Positions 10,701-19,964 of a stretch of DNA of 64,000 nucleotides are shown piece by piece. Numbering within the stretch: the first letter of the stretch is position 1; each line of letters begins with the position of its first letter. Source of the DNA: Gemmatimonadota bacterium (GTDB taxonomy: Bacteria; JBHIER01; G020348925); the NCBI GenBank assembly GCA_020348925.1, contig CP070758.1, positions 1,834,030 to 1,898,029 on the forward strand, written 5' to 3'. The notes beneath the pieces are model-generated. The model was not told the origin of the DNA, made no database searches, and saw only the letters and a program-made list of their open reading frames with translations. The position numbers and the translations under genes were made by a program.

Positions 10701-11707
10701 CCCAGCTCACAAAGATCTGGGAGAAGGTTCTGGAGATTCAGCCCATCGGAGTTAGAGACAATTTCTTTGAACTGGGTGGGCACTCTCTGCTCGCAGTTCG
10801 CCTATTCTCGGAGATCAAGAAGGTCTTGGGAGTAAACTTCCCCCTATCCACCCTGTTTCAGGATTCAACTGTTGAAGATCTGGCCCATGTTATTCGCCAG
10901 GAGGCGTGCTCAGAGCCCTGGTCCTGTCTGGTACCGGTTCAGCCCGGCGGGACCAAGGTTCCATTCTTCTGTGCTGCACCGGCGGCCGGGGAGGCAATCG
11001 GCTTCGCCAACTTAGCCAGGTGTTTGGGATCTGAACAACCCTTCTACGGCCTGGAGCTTCCCACACCGGTTGGAGCACTTTCTGACCCACGAATTGAGGA
11101 TATGGCTGCTGAATGTATCCGGGAAATAAAAACGCTCCAGCCCGAAGGCCCCTATCTGTTGGGGGGAGCATGCATGGGAGGCCTGGTCGCTTTCGAGATG
11201 GCCTGCCAGCTTCACCAGCAAGGGAATGAAATCGCCGTGCTGGTTCTGTTGGATTCGAGCCAACCGGCTCCTCTGATAACGCTGCGGGATTATATCTCCC
11301 TTTTATTATTCCACCATTTGCCGCGTGGACATATGGCCTACTGTCTGATGAACGATTTGAGGGAGAAAGGAAGAAAATTGAAGCGGAAGTTCCTCTTGAG
11401 CCGTGAGGGTCGACGTTTCAAAAGTGTCTGGAAAGCTCATGAAAGAGCCCGGAGAACCTACGTGCCACGCCCTTATCCGGGGCGGATCACGCTCTTTGAG
11501 AGCCGGGAGTTCCATATTCGTTTTCCCGATTACGTGAATCGGTGGTCGGCCCTGGCTGAGGGAGGATTGGATCGCCACATCATACCCTGTGGCCATCGCG
11601 AAACCCTGAGAGAACCCCATGTCCGCATCGTCGCCGAGGAACTGAAAGCGCGCCTCAATGGAAAACTAATGAACGATGAAGGACATGGTAGCGCGATTAC
11701 CACATAA
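7697..11707 (+). CDS. NRPS module C-A-T-TE (Cys-type TE)
   Basis: HHIVSDGWS, YTSGTTGLPKG, NAYGPTE, GGHSLL; TE GPYLLGGACMGG...PCGH. ATGA overlap with the previous gene. Confidence 0.95.
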   Translation: MSGDQRAVGKVQFTPIMTPVSNKEAHEYSEEVFVFPTSFAQQRLWFLDRLEPQSPAYNIPIALRLKGRLNVRALERSFNEIVRRHEVLRTTFAEMDGQPVQVIAPSLRWRLKLVDVQELPEADREIETRRLAAEEAQRPFDLAQGPLLRTTLVRLKEKEHVLLLTVHHIVSDGWSTGILFREISVFYESFSAGKTSPLSELPIQYADFAVWQREWLQGETLEAQLSYWREQLAGAPPSLEFPTDRPRPLMQTYRGTRQFLVLSEKLTETIKALSQRAEVTPFMTLLAAFSVLLKRYTGQDDIVVGTPIAGRNRPEIEGLIGFFVNTLVMRTDLSGNPGFLEVLGRVREVCLGAYAHQDVPFEKLVEELRPERNLTQSPMFQVMFVLQNATDSALELKDVTLNSLEVDTGTAKFDLALSVIDGAEGLNGILYYNTDLFDAPTINRILKHYENLLEGIVADPEQTVSTLPLLTETERNRILVEWNDTVTDYPSTSCIHQLFEAQVERTPEAIAVQCEKKQLTYRELNARANQLAHYLQTHGVAPEVLVGICLEPSLDMVVGMLGILKAGGAYVPLDPAYPKERLTFMLSDSGASILLTHKTLSDNLPEHHARSIFLDSDLIRISQEEMGNPVCGATAWNLAYLIYTSGTTGLPKGVLIEHRGLCNLVESVKHYIGLKPGRRVLLSYSFGFDASANPIFTTLCSGATIYLAPANFLLRGTGIFQTMRHQAITDAFFPPSFLAALPFEPLPLLQTLTVGAEACPAVVISRWAPGRRFFNAYGPTEATIRATVAECTGDDWRPTIGRPIANTQVYILDRHLQPVPIGVPGELHIGGVGLARGYQNQPELTAEKFIPNPFGDEPGARLYKTGDLARSMPDGTIDFLGRFDHQVKIRGSRIELGEIETTLGQHPAVREVVVTVQAHESGDNRLVAYVVADQHTAPTVRELRSFLQEKLPEYMVPSTFVMLAGLPLTPHGKVDRQALPAPDRITSDLERTFIRARDALESQLTKIWEKVLEIQPIGVRDNFFELGGHSLLAVRLFSEIKKVLGVNFPLSTLFQDSTVEDLAHVIRQEACSEPWSCLVPVQPGGTKVPFFCAAPAAGEAIGFANLARCLGSEQPFYGLELPTPVGALSDPRIEDMAAECIREIKTLQPEGPYLLGGACMGGLVAFEMACQLHQQGNEIAVLVLLDSSQPAPLITLRDYISLLLFHHLPRGHMAYCLMNDLREKGRKLKRKFLLSREGRRFKSVWKAHERARRTYVPRPYPGRITLFESREFHIRFPDYVNRWSALAEGGLDRHIIPCGHRETLREPHVRIVAEELKARLNGKLMNDEGHGSAITT

Positions 11708-12153
11708 TATACCTGATCAGCACTGTTTGCGGATGGTTGGTGGCAGATGATGGGCAAAGCCTTTCGCGGCGGAACTGAACTTCTCTGGTCGGTTTCCGAA
11801 CGTTGTCCAGTGAGCCGGAGGTTGTGCAGAACTCGTACCAGACATGCCCAAGAGGATATCCCTTTTGGTTTTCTCTATAAGAAAAGAGAGAAAAATGACA
11901 GAGAATTATTGTCTGTCGTTTAAAGAATGATTTTATTATGGATATTGGTTTTAGAATAGTCTTGATCTGACTTTGACATACTCTCGATTTCGATGAAGAG
12001 CACCATGAAGCTCGAATCCAGATTTATGATGAATATGAACGATCGAGCGGCGCTGAGACCGATATCGATATCAATGGCGACACGTGCAATGCTCGCATTC
12101 AGTTTCACGCGATACATCCAGTGGTCCGAAATTCAGAAAAGAAAGGTGAGGTG

Positions 12154-12879
12154 ATGTATATCAATCAGGGTGTTTGCACTCAATGCACATTATGTGTTCC
12201 GTATTGTCCCATGAGAGCCATTGCCAGCGATGAAACAACAGGACACGTTGAGATCGACCAGGAAGAATGCGTGGAATGCGAGAGCTGCTTGAGGGCGGAT
12301 GTCTGCTCCAAGGGTGCATTGACCATGCCAGTGCTTGGTTGGCCCAGGATTCTGCGAAATCGGTTCTCAAACCCTTTGACAACTCATCCGGACACCGGAA
12401 TTCCGGGAAGAGGCACCGAAGAAATGAAAACCAATGAAGTTACCGGCAGGTTCACCCGGGATCGAGTGGGAATATCCGTAGAGTTAGGCCGCCCTGGAAC
12501 CGGAACACGATTCTATGACGTTGAAAAAGTCGCCATGGCCGTTGCCCGGCTTGGTGTTCGGTTTGATCCCCATAATCCTGTGACGTGCCTGATGGAGGAT
12601 ACGACCACAGGTAAGATGAGGGAAGACGTTCGGGGTGAAAAAGTTCTATCGGCCATCATAGGATTCGATCTGCCCCGAGAGAAGATTGTACCGGTGTTGG
12701 ACAAACTGAAGGAAGTGACATTCGATATTGACACCGTCTTCAGCCTGGATCTGGTCTGCAGGATGGAGGAAGACGAGAGCAATGCAACCATTACGTTGTC
12801 AAAGGAGAGGGGCTTCATTCCGTCGATAAACGGGAAAGTGAACGTGGGTCTGGGGAAACCTCGAGCGAGGGAGGATTGA
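12154..12879 (+). CDS. 4Fe-4S dicluster domain protein with an uncharacterised C-terminal domain
   Basis: CTQCTLCVPYCP and CVECESCLRADVC ferredoxin motifs; GRGTEEMKTNEVTGRF and ELGRPG; AGGTGAGG RBS before ATG 12154. Confidence 0.82.
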   Translation: MYINQGVCTQCTLCVPYCPMRAIASDETTGHVEIDQEECVECESCLRADVCSKGALTMPVLGWPRILRNRFSNPLTTHPDTGIPGRGTEEMKTNEVTGRFTRDRVGISVELGRPGTGTRFYDVEKVAMAVARLGVRFDPHNPVTCLMEDTTTGKMREDVRGEKVLSAIIGFDLPREKIVPVLDKLKEVTFDIDTVFSLDLVCRMEEDESNATITLSKERGFIPSINGKVNVGLGKPRARED

Positions 12880-12880
12880 A

Positions 12881-13564
12881 ATGACACACACCCTGCACCG
12901 TTTGGGAAACCCTCAGAGTTTGAGAAAGGATTTTATTGTCCTTGCCATTGCCTCGCAGATCGCTGGCCCCGTGGGGAGTGCCTACAAGTTCAGGGAATTT
13001 GCAGACATAGTATTAAAATACAATCCGTTGAATTTCGGAGACATGATATCCGGAAACATGTTTCAGATGGACTTAGATACGATCCACGCTGGTTACTGCG
13101 ACAATTCTATCGTTCATGCCGTCTTTACCGACGAACATATTGTGGCAAACGTATTGAAGGAATTGAAAGACGCCGATCTGGGACTCTCCATCGTCGTATC
13201 CGGTTTATTGGAACAGACGGCAACATGCTGCAGCACTGCAGGTTTGAAACCACACACTGTTCAATACTCGCTGGGGATCTTGGGGCGAACCGATCTCTTG
13301 CCACAGCCCTGGGTTTTGGAGATGAGTACGATGTGCGGCCACGGCATGGTAGCCTTCTCGCTCATTATAGAACTGGCAGATCGGGTAAAAGATCAGCGGA
13401 TTACGGCAGAAGAGGCGGCGCAAGGATTGGCAAGACAATGTCATTGCGGAGTCTTTAATCCTGACCGAGCAACCGGGATTCTGAAAAGGATAGTGACGAA
13501 AAAAAGCGGGAAAACCCAAGCTTCGAAGGCGTTCGAGAATGAACATGATGAAGCTCTTCGATGA
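12881..13564 (+). CDS. Conserved hypothetical Cys-rich protein, probable partner of the 4Fe-4S protein
   Basis: 227 aa ORF starting 1 nt after the previous stop; MTHTLHR start, STMCGHGMV and CHCGVFNP potential metal ligands. Confidence 0.75.
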   Translation: MTHTLHRLGNPQSLRKDFIVLAIASQIAGPVGSAYKFREFADIVLKYNPLNFGDMISGNMFQMDLDTIHAGYCDNSIVHAVFTDEHIVANVLKELKDADLGLSIVVSGLLEQTATCCSTAGLKPHTVQYSLGILGRTDLLPQPWVLEMSTMCGHGMVAFSLIIELADRVKDQRITAEEAAQGLARQCHCGVFNPDRATGILKRIVTKKSGKTQASKAFENEHDEALR

Positions 13565-15585
13565 GGATCCTGTCACATGGTGAAAGGCGAATGAATCGTA
13601 TGATCAATCATAAAACCGATACTCCCTCGTCACAAAAATCTGTTGGGAGCGGCCGCATCCGACCGACAAATCCTTTCATTCAATTTAAGAAAGAAGAAGT
13701 CGAGCAATCGATTCCTACCCGATTTGAGCAACAGGTGCGACAATACCCCGATCGGATGGCCATTAAGAGCAGGGACCACACGTTCACTTACGAGTCGCTC
13801 AACCAAGCAGCCAATCGAGTGGCGTGGGCAATTTGCGATCGTCACTCCCATGGCCATGATCCGATCGCTCTGTTGCTCGAACACGATGCACCAGCTCTCA
13901 TTGCAATGTTGGGTGTGCTGAAGGCCGGCAGGATATACGTGCCATTGGATCCGGGGTACCCTCCTGAACGACTCAGCTATATACTGGAGAATTGTCAGGT
14001 AGGACTCATCGTGACCAACAGCAAAAATCTCTCCCTGGCGAAAAAACTGACTCAAGATGCACTTACACTGCTCAATATTGATGATTTCAGTACCAGTCTC
14101 TCCACTGAGAACCTTGACCTCAAAATCTCACCGGACTCAGTCACCCACATCCTTTATACATCAGGCTCAACAGGAAAACCGAAAGGGGTTCCTCAGCTTC
14201 ATCGCAATGTTCTTCACGAAATTATGAACTATACAAACGCTGCTCATCTTTCCACGGAAGACCGAATGCTTCTTGTCTCCAGCTTCAGTTTTGGTGACTC
14301 AGTGAGGACTATTTACGGTGCTCTGCTCAATGGCGCTTCCCTCTTTCCACTGAACATCAAAGAGGAAGGATTCGTCTCTCTTTCCGACTGGATGATTGAG
14401 CAAGAGATCACTATTTACCGCTCGGTCCCGACAGTATTCCGGCATTTCGCCCGTACCCTGAGTAGAAAGATGGACTTCCCCGTAATTCGTTTGATCTACT
14501 TGGCGGGTGAACCCGTGTACAGAAGAGACGTGATGCTCTATCGAGATCATTTCTCGTCAGACTGTATTCTTGTCAATGGGCTGGGGAGCATCGAATCCCT
14601 CACATACCGATGGTATTTTCTCGACAAGAACGTCCACATCACGGGTACCAACGTGCCGGTTGGCTTTGCCATTGACGACATGGAGGTCCAATTGCTCGGA
14701 GACAACGGAAAGGAGGTTGGCGTCAACGAAATCGGTGAGATTGCAGTCAAGAGTCGCTATCTTTCCCCTGGTTACGGGCAAAACCCTGATCTCACGCGGC
14801 AGAAATTCCGGCCGGATCCAAAGGGGGGAGACGAACCCATTTATCTCACCGGAGATCTCGGTCTCTTGCTGCCCGACGAATGCCTCGTTCACATGGGTCG
14901 AAAGGACTTTCAGGTTAAGATCAGGGGCTACAGGGTGGAGACTGCTGAGATCGAGATGTTGTTGATGGAGTTAGACACTGTCAAAGAAACGGTTGTTGTG
15001 GCCCGGACGGATGCGTCTGGAGATAAATATCTGTCAGCGTATGTTGTTCCCATCGGAGACCCGGGGCCTGCAGTCGGCGAACTTCGGTCTTTTCTGGAGG
15101 GTCAGCTCCCCGAATACATGATGCCCTCGACCTTCGTCCTGTTGGATGCCATACCGCTGACTCCGAATGGTAAGGTCGATCGTCAGGCTCTGCCCGCGCC
15201 AGACGGCACGAGACCGTTATCGGATAATGCTTTCGCAGCTCCTGGCACGCCGCTTGAAGAAAGGATTGCAGATATCTGGGTCAAGGTTCTGGGATTAGAC
15301 CAAGTCGGAGTTCAGGACAACTTCTTCGAGCTGGGGGGGCACTCGCTGTCAGCAATACAAGCTGTGTCCAGGATGAGCGAAGCGTTCCAAGTGGCGTTGT
15401 CCCTCAGCAGCTTCTTCGAGACACCAACGATTGCTCAACTATCCAGGAAAATTGAGAGCATCAGGAGCGAAGGTGCTGGACCTCGGCCGCCTGCACTATC
15501 GCGGGTCCGCCGAGATTCGCACCATGCGAAGCTGTCCTCACAGGGAGTACCTGTGTCTATTGAGGATACACAGAATGAGGAATAA
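13561..15585 (+). CDS. Stand-alone A-T didomain with a non-canonical A domain
   Basis: YTSGSTGKPKG, YLTGD, GRKDFQVKIRGYRVE, PNGKVDR, GGHSLS. A4 is FSFGDSV and A5 is NGLGSIE (both atypical). Confidence 0.92.
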   Translation: MRILSHGERRMNRMINHKTDTPSSQKSVGSGRIRPTNPFIQFKKEEVEQSIPTRFEQQVRQYPDRMAIKSRDHTFTYESLNQAANRVAWAICDRHSHGHDPIALLLEHDAPALIAMLGVLKAGRIYVPLDPGYPPERLSYILENCQVGLIVTNSKNLSLAKKLTQDALTLLNIDDFSTSLSTENLDLKISPDSVTHILYTSGSTGKPKGVPQLHRNVLHEIMNYTNAAHLSTEDRMLLVSSFSFGDSVRTIYGALLNGASLFPLNIKEEGFVSLSDWMIEQEITIYRSVPTVFRHFARTLSRKMDFPVIRLIYLAGEPVYRRDVMLYRDHFSSDCILVNGLGSIESLTYRWYFLDKNVHITGTNVPVGFAIDDMEVQLLGDNGKEVGVNEIGEIAVKSRYLSPGYGQNPDLTRQKFRPDPKGGDEPIYLTGDLGLLLPDECLVHMGRKDFQVKIRGYRVETAEIEMLLMELDTVKETVVVARTDASGDKYLSAYVVPIGDPGPAVGELRSFLEGQLPEYMMPSTFVLLDAIPLTPNGKVDRQALPAPDGTRPLSDNAFAAPGTPLEERIADIWVKVLGLDQVGVQDNFFELGGHSLSAIQAVSRMSEAFQVALSLSSFFETPTIAQLSRKIESIRSEGAGPRPPALSRVRRDSHHAKLSSQGVPVSIEDTQNEE

Positions 15586-18500
15586 AGACAACTCAATGGG
15601 AAAACAAGTTTTTGTCTTTCCAACATCCTTTGCCCAGCAGCGTCTGTGGTTTCTCAATCAGTTGGATCCCGAAAATCCTGTCTATAATATACCGAGAGCT
15701 TTTCGGGTGACAGGTCCACTCGACGTTGAGGCCCTGGAGCACGGTCTCAACGAGATTATCAGACGTCACGAGATCTTACGGACGACGTTTTCTCATGTTG
15801 ACGGTGAACCGGTGCAGATTATTGCCGAAGCCATGCCCCTGAAGGTGTCGGTGATAGATATGGGTGACATTGAAACCATACCGGAAAGGAAGACCAAGCA
15901 GTTGATCATCGATGAGATACAGCGACCCTTCAACTTGTCACAGGGTCCACTCTTACGGGCGAACCTGCTCCGTCTGGCAGAGGAGGAACACATCCTGCTT
16001 CTTACGATACACCACATCGTGGCTGATGGCTGGTCGATGGGAATTCTTTATCAGGAGCTTTCTACACTCTATAAAGCCTTTGTTTCAAAGAGTCCGTTTT
16101 CCATGCCCGAGCTTCCGATTCAGTATGTCGACTTTGCCGTTTGGCAACGAGAATGGTTACAGGGAGAGATTTTGGAGACACAGCTTGCCTATTGGAGAGC
16201 ACAACTCAAAAGTGCGCCTCCCGTGTTGGAATTTCCGACCGACCACCCACGATCTCCAACGTCGACCTTCAGAGGCGCGAGGCAGTCCCTGGTACTGTCA
16301 AAAACGTTGGGAGAAGCACTCGATGCATTGAGCCAACGGGAAGGAGTCACCTTGTTTATGACACTGTTGGCAGCATTTACAGTTCTCCTCCATCGTTACA
16401 CAGGGCAGGACATCATTGTGGTGGGCACTCCTATTGCAGGTCGGAATCGACCCGAAATCGAAGGGCTGATTGGATTTTTTGTCAACACGCTGGTGATGAG
16501 CACCGACCTTTCAGGAAATCCCAGTTTTCGGGAAGTGCTTGTCCGGGTACGCGAGGTATGCCTGGGAGCTTACGACCATCAGGATCTCCCCTTCGAGACG
16601 CTGGTCGAGGAGTTGCGGCCGGAGCGAAACCTCAATCAATCACCGTTGTTTCAAATGATGTTCGCCCTCCAAAATGCTCCTGAATCCGATCTGATCCTCT
16701 CTGACGTAACAGTCCACTCTTTGGAAGTAAGCAACGGAAGAGCAAAATTTGACCTGGCGCTATCCATGGTGAAGGGGGCAGAAGGATTGACGGGAACAGT
16801 AGAGTACAGTACCGACCTGTTCGAGGCAGCCACCATAAAGCGGTTCCTGACGCATTATCAGAACGTGCTGGAAGCCATCGCGTCCGATCCCGAACAGTTG
16901 ATCTCAACGGTACCGCTCTTGACCCAAAAAGAACGCCATCAGATGCTGGTGGAGTGGAATGATGCGAAAGTGGACTATCCTCAGAATACGTGCATTCATC
17001 AATTGTTTGAAGAGTATGCCCTGCGGACACCTGAAGAAGTAGCCGTTGTTTTTGAGGGTCAGCAGATGACATATGAAGAACTCAACACACGATCAAACCG
17101 GCTGGCCCACTGTCTCATCAAGAACGGTGTGGGTCCCGAGACACTGGTTGGCATCTGTGTGGATCGATCCCTGGAGATGATGGTCGGACTTCTGGGTATC
17201 CTCAAAGCTGGAGGAGCGTACGTCCCCCTCAACCCTGACGATCCGGAGGAACGTCGAGCATTTATGTTGAAAAACGCCCGGGTTAGAGTGGTTCTAACGT
17301 TGGAGAGGCTGGTTCCTGAATTGCCGGAGTCGATGGCATCCGTTATTTGCCTGGATACGGAATGGTCGGCTCTGTCTCAGTACGGCGAAAAAAACCCGTC
17401 CAGTGGTGTTCAGGCTTCCAATCTGGCTTATGTGATGTACACTTCAGGTTCAACCGGCAAACCCAAAGGTGTGATGATTACTCACCGCAATGTGGTGGGA
17501 TTCCTATACTCGTACAAGCAGGTCACCTTAGATGGTGAGACGCGCGTCGGGACCTCAGTCGCTCCCTTCAGCTTCGACACGTCTGTGGAGGAATTCTTTT
17601 CGACGCTCTGTTTTGGCGGGACACTCCACCTTATTCGACCCGAACGCAGTGTCGATGGTGAGTACTTCGCACATTACCTGATTGATCACGGCATTACTAC
17701 CACTTACATTGTCCCCGCTCTCCTCCCTGAGATCGCATCCCACCTGGAGAGGATGAAAGACCGAATGAAGCTGGAGTGTGTGATAACTGGACTTCAACCC
17801 AAGACGGAAGAGGTCTTGCAGCATTTTCGAAACCTATCCGAAAATTTACGAATACTCAATGCCTACGGACCGACAGAGACCACGTATGGTGCGACCGCCT
17901 TCAACTTCAGACAAGCAACCTCGCCGGATAGGGATGTCCCGATTGGGGTCCCGTTCCCCAACTACCAAACCTACATTGTGGATTCAAATCTGAAACCGGT
18001 CCCCATAGGAGCACGGGGGGAGATCTTGATCGGCGGAATTGGCCTGGCCCGAGGGTATCTCCATCAGCCCGAGCTAACCGATGAGAAGTTCATACCCAAT
18101 CCGTTCAGTGACGAACCGGACGCGCGCCTGTACAGAACAGGGGATGTGGGCCGTTATCTGCCGGACGGTACTATCGAGTTCCTGGGACGCACGGATCATC
18201 AAGTGAAAATTCGGGGGTTTCGCATTGAACTTGGTGAGGTCGAGGTGCTGCTTGGACAGCATCCTGCTGTCCAGGAGACCGTGGTCTTGGCTCGAGAGGA
18301 TACACCCGGCGACAAGCGCCTCGTGGCATATCTGGTTATAAATCAGGAGTCCGCTCCTTCCACCAGTGAGCTCCGTCGTTTCTTGGGGAGAAAACTACCC
18401 GAGCACATGGTGCCGTCCGCTTTCGTGGTGTTGGACGCGCTCCCACTGACATCCAGTGGGAAAGTAGATCGTCAGGCACTGCCACCGCCCGACCAAGACC

Positions 18501-19552
18501 GACCCGAGCTGGAGGGTGCGTTCAAGGCCCCCCAAGATACCCTCGAACTCCACCTCACCAAGATTTGGGAAAAGGTTCTGGGCGTTCAGCCCATTGGTGT
18601 CAGGGACAATTTCTTTGAATTGGGCGGACATTCTCTGCTTGCGGTGCGCCTGTTCGAGCAGATCAAGAAGGTCTTGGGGAAAAGTCTGCCCCTGTCCACG
18701 TTATTCAAGGGTTCAACCGTTGAAGAATTGGCCCACGTTATTCGTCAGGAGGAGTGGTCGGACCCCTGGTCCTGTCTGGTGCCGATTCAACCCAGTGGTA
18801 CCAAGATTCCTCTTCTCTGTGTTGCACCGGCGGCCGGAGAGGTGATCAGTTTTGCCGGAATCTCTCGTTGTTTGGGACATGAGCAGCCCTTTTACGGGCT
18901 GCGTCTCCCCAGGGAGGATGGAGCATCCTTTTCTCTGCGAGTTGAGGATATGGCTGCTCAGTGCATTCGAGAGATAGAGACACTCCAGCCCGAAGGCCCC
19001 TATCTGCTGGGAGGGGCATGCATGGGAGGCTTGGTCGCTTTCGAAATGGCCTGCCAACTTCACGAGCAGGGGAAGGAAGTAGCCGTGTTGTTTCTGTTGG
19101 ATTCGAGTCAACCTCCGCCGTTGATATCACTTCGGAATTACATTCCGCAGTTGCTCTTCCACCACCTTCCGCGCGGACAATTGACGTACTGTCTCCTCAG
19201 GGACTTGAGGGAGAAGGGAAGGAAATTGAAACGGAAATTCCCCTTAAACCGTGAGGGTCGAAATTTGAGTAGCGTCTGGAAAGCTCACGAAAAAGCCCGA
19301 AGAGCCTACGTGCCTCGCGTATATCCGGGTCGCATCACCCTGTTTCAGAGCCGTGAGTTTCACATTCGTTTTCCCGATTGCGAGAATCGGTGGTCGGCTC
19401 TGGCTGAGGGAGGATTGGATTGCCACATCTTACCCTGTGGTCATGGTGAAAGCCTAAGAGAACCCCATGTCCGGATCTTGGCCGAGGAACTGAAAGCGCA
19501 CCTCACCGAGGTACAAGCGCGAAAGGGAACAGGGAGAACTAAACGGATTTGA
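15575..19552 (+). CDS. NRPS module C-A-T-TE (Cys-type TE)
   Basis: VFVFPTSFAQQRLWFL, HHIVADGWS, YTSGSTGKPKG, NAYGPTE, GGHSLL; TE GGACMGG. Start is 15575 (GAGGA RBS) or 15596, rather than the ORF-track 15431. Confidence 0.95.
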   Translation: MRNKDNSMGKQVFVFPTSFAQQRLWFLNQLDPENPVYNIPRAFRVTGPLDVEALEHGLNEIIRRHEILRTTFSHVDGEPVQIIAEAMPLKVSVIDMGDIETIPERKTKQLIIDEIQRPFNLSQGPLLRANLLRLAEEEHILLLTIHHIVADGWSMGILYQELSTLYKAFVSKSPFSMPELPIQYVDFAVWQREWLQGEILETQLAYWRAQLKSAPPVLEFPTDHPRSPTSTFRGARQSLVLSKTLGEALDALSQREGVTLFMTLLAAFTVLLHRYTGQDIIVVGTPIAGRNRPEIEGLIGFFVNTLVMSTDLSGNPSFREVLVRVREVCLGAYDHQDLPFETLVEELRPERNLNQSPLFQMMFALQNAPESDLILSDVTVHSLEVSNGRAKFDLALSMVKGAEGLTGTVEYSTDLFEAATIKRFLTHYQNVLEAIASDPEQLISTVPLLTQKERHQMLVEWNDAKVDYPQNTCIHQLFEEYALRTPEEVAVVFEGQQMTYEELNTRSNRLAHCLIKNGVGPETLVGICVDRSLEMMVGLLGILKAGGAYVPLNPDDPEERRAFMLKNARVRVVLTLERLVPELPESMASVICLDTEWSALSQYGEKNPSSGVQASNLAYVMYTSGSTGKPKGVMITHRNVVGFLYSYKQVTLDGETRVGTSVAPFSFDTSVEEFFSTLCFGGTLHLIRPERSVDGEYFAHYLIDHGITTTYIVPALLPEIASHLERMKDRMKLECVITGLQPKTEEVLQHFRNLSENLRILNAYGPTETTYGATAFNFRQATSPDRDVPIGVPFPNYQTYIVDSNLKPVPIGARGEILIGGIGLARGYLHQPELTDEKFIPNPFSDEPDARLYRTGDVGRYLPDGTIEFLGRTDHQVKIRGFRIELGEVEVLLGQHPAVQETVVLAREDTPGDKRLVAYLVINQESAPSTSELRRFLGRKLPEHMVPSAFVVLDALPLTSSGKVDRQALPPPDQDRPELEGAFKAPQDTLELHLTKIWEKVLGVQPIGVRDNFFELGGHSLLAVRLFEQIKKVLGKSLPLSTLFKGSTVEELAHVIRQEEWSDPWSCLVPIQPSGTKIPLLCVAPAAGEVISFAGISRCLGHEQPFYGLRLPREDGASFSLRVEDMAAQCIREIETLQPEGPYLLGGACMGGLVAFEMACQLHEQGKEVAVLFLLDSSQPPPLISLRNYIPQLLFHHLPRGQLTYCLLRDLREKGRKLKRKFPLNREGRNLSSVWKAHEKARRAYVPRVYPGRITLFQSREFHIRFPDCENRWSALAEGGLDCHILPCGHGESLREPHVRILAEELKAHLTEVQARKGTGRTKRI

Positions 19553-19964
19553 GTCAACCAAGGATTCCAGCAGGCGCGGGGAGTCGTTGATTGAAGATGG
19601 TCTTGTTTCATTCTGAAAAATGAACGTTCTATAAGTGCGCAGCCGAACCATTTCCAACCTCGTATGATAGTCTTGTGATTGTTGGAAACTTTTGCAATAT
19701 CGTGGCAATAATCGTGCTCTGAGTTTTTGAGATCACTTTATTATTGCTCCTTGCACTTTTCATAAGGAGATATATATATTATCAAATCTTTGATCAAGAA
19801 GCTGTGGTGAAGTGTTCTCGCGTCAGGAGTGTAATCCTGTGCAATTTTCGGACAAGGTCAAAACGACTAAGAACTTATCAATAGCATATAGCTTTCAGCA
19901 TTTTACTCAGTTTCATGCCTTTGGGCCTCTATTGAATTCTGAGATTGAGAGGAGGAATCTATCC

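Noticed and set aside
11745-11830. GGGCAAAGCC...CCGGAGGTTG segment vaguely like a c-di-GMP-I riboswitch
   Set aside because: The GAAA tetraloop and GACGCAAAGC core are not properly present; would need an Infernal scan
15431-15574. ORF-track N-terminal extensions (also 19812, 24026, 39446, 46251, 52000, 52475, 58821)
   Set aside because: They overlap upstream genes or lack an RBS; downstream starts with an RBS or a coupled stop/start are more plausible
19553-19964. Cobalamin riboswitch or Fur box upstream of the TonB receptor
   Set aside because: No B12-box/GCCACTG core and no convincing GATAATGATAATCATTATC-like site seen; only a weak TTGCAC...TATATT promoter
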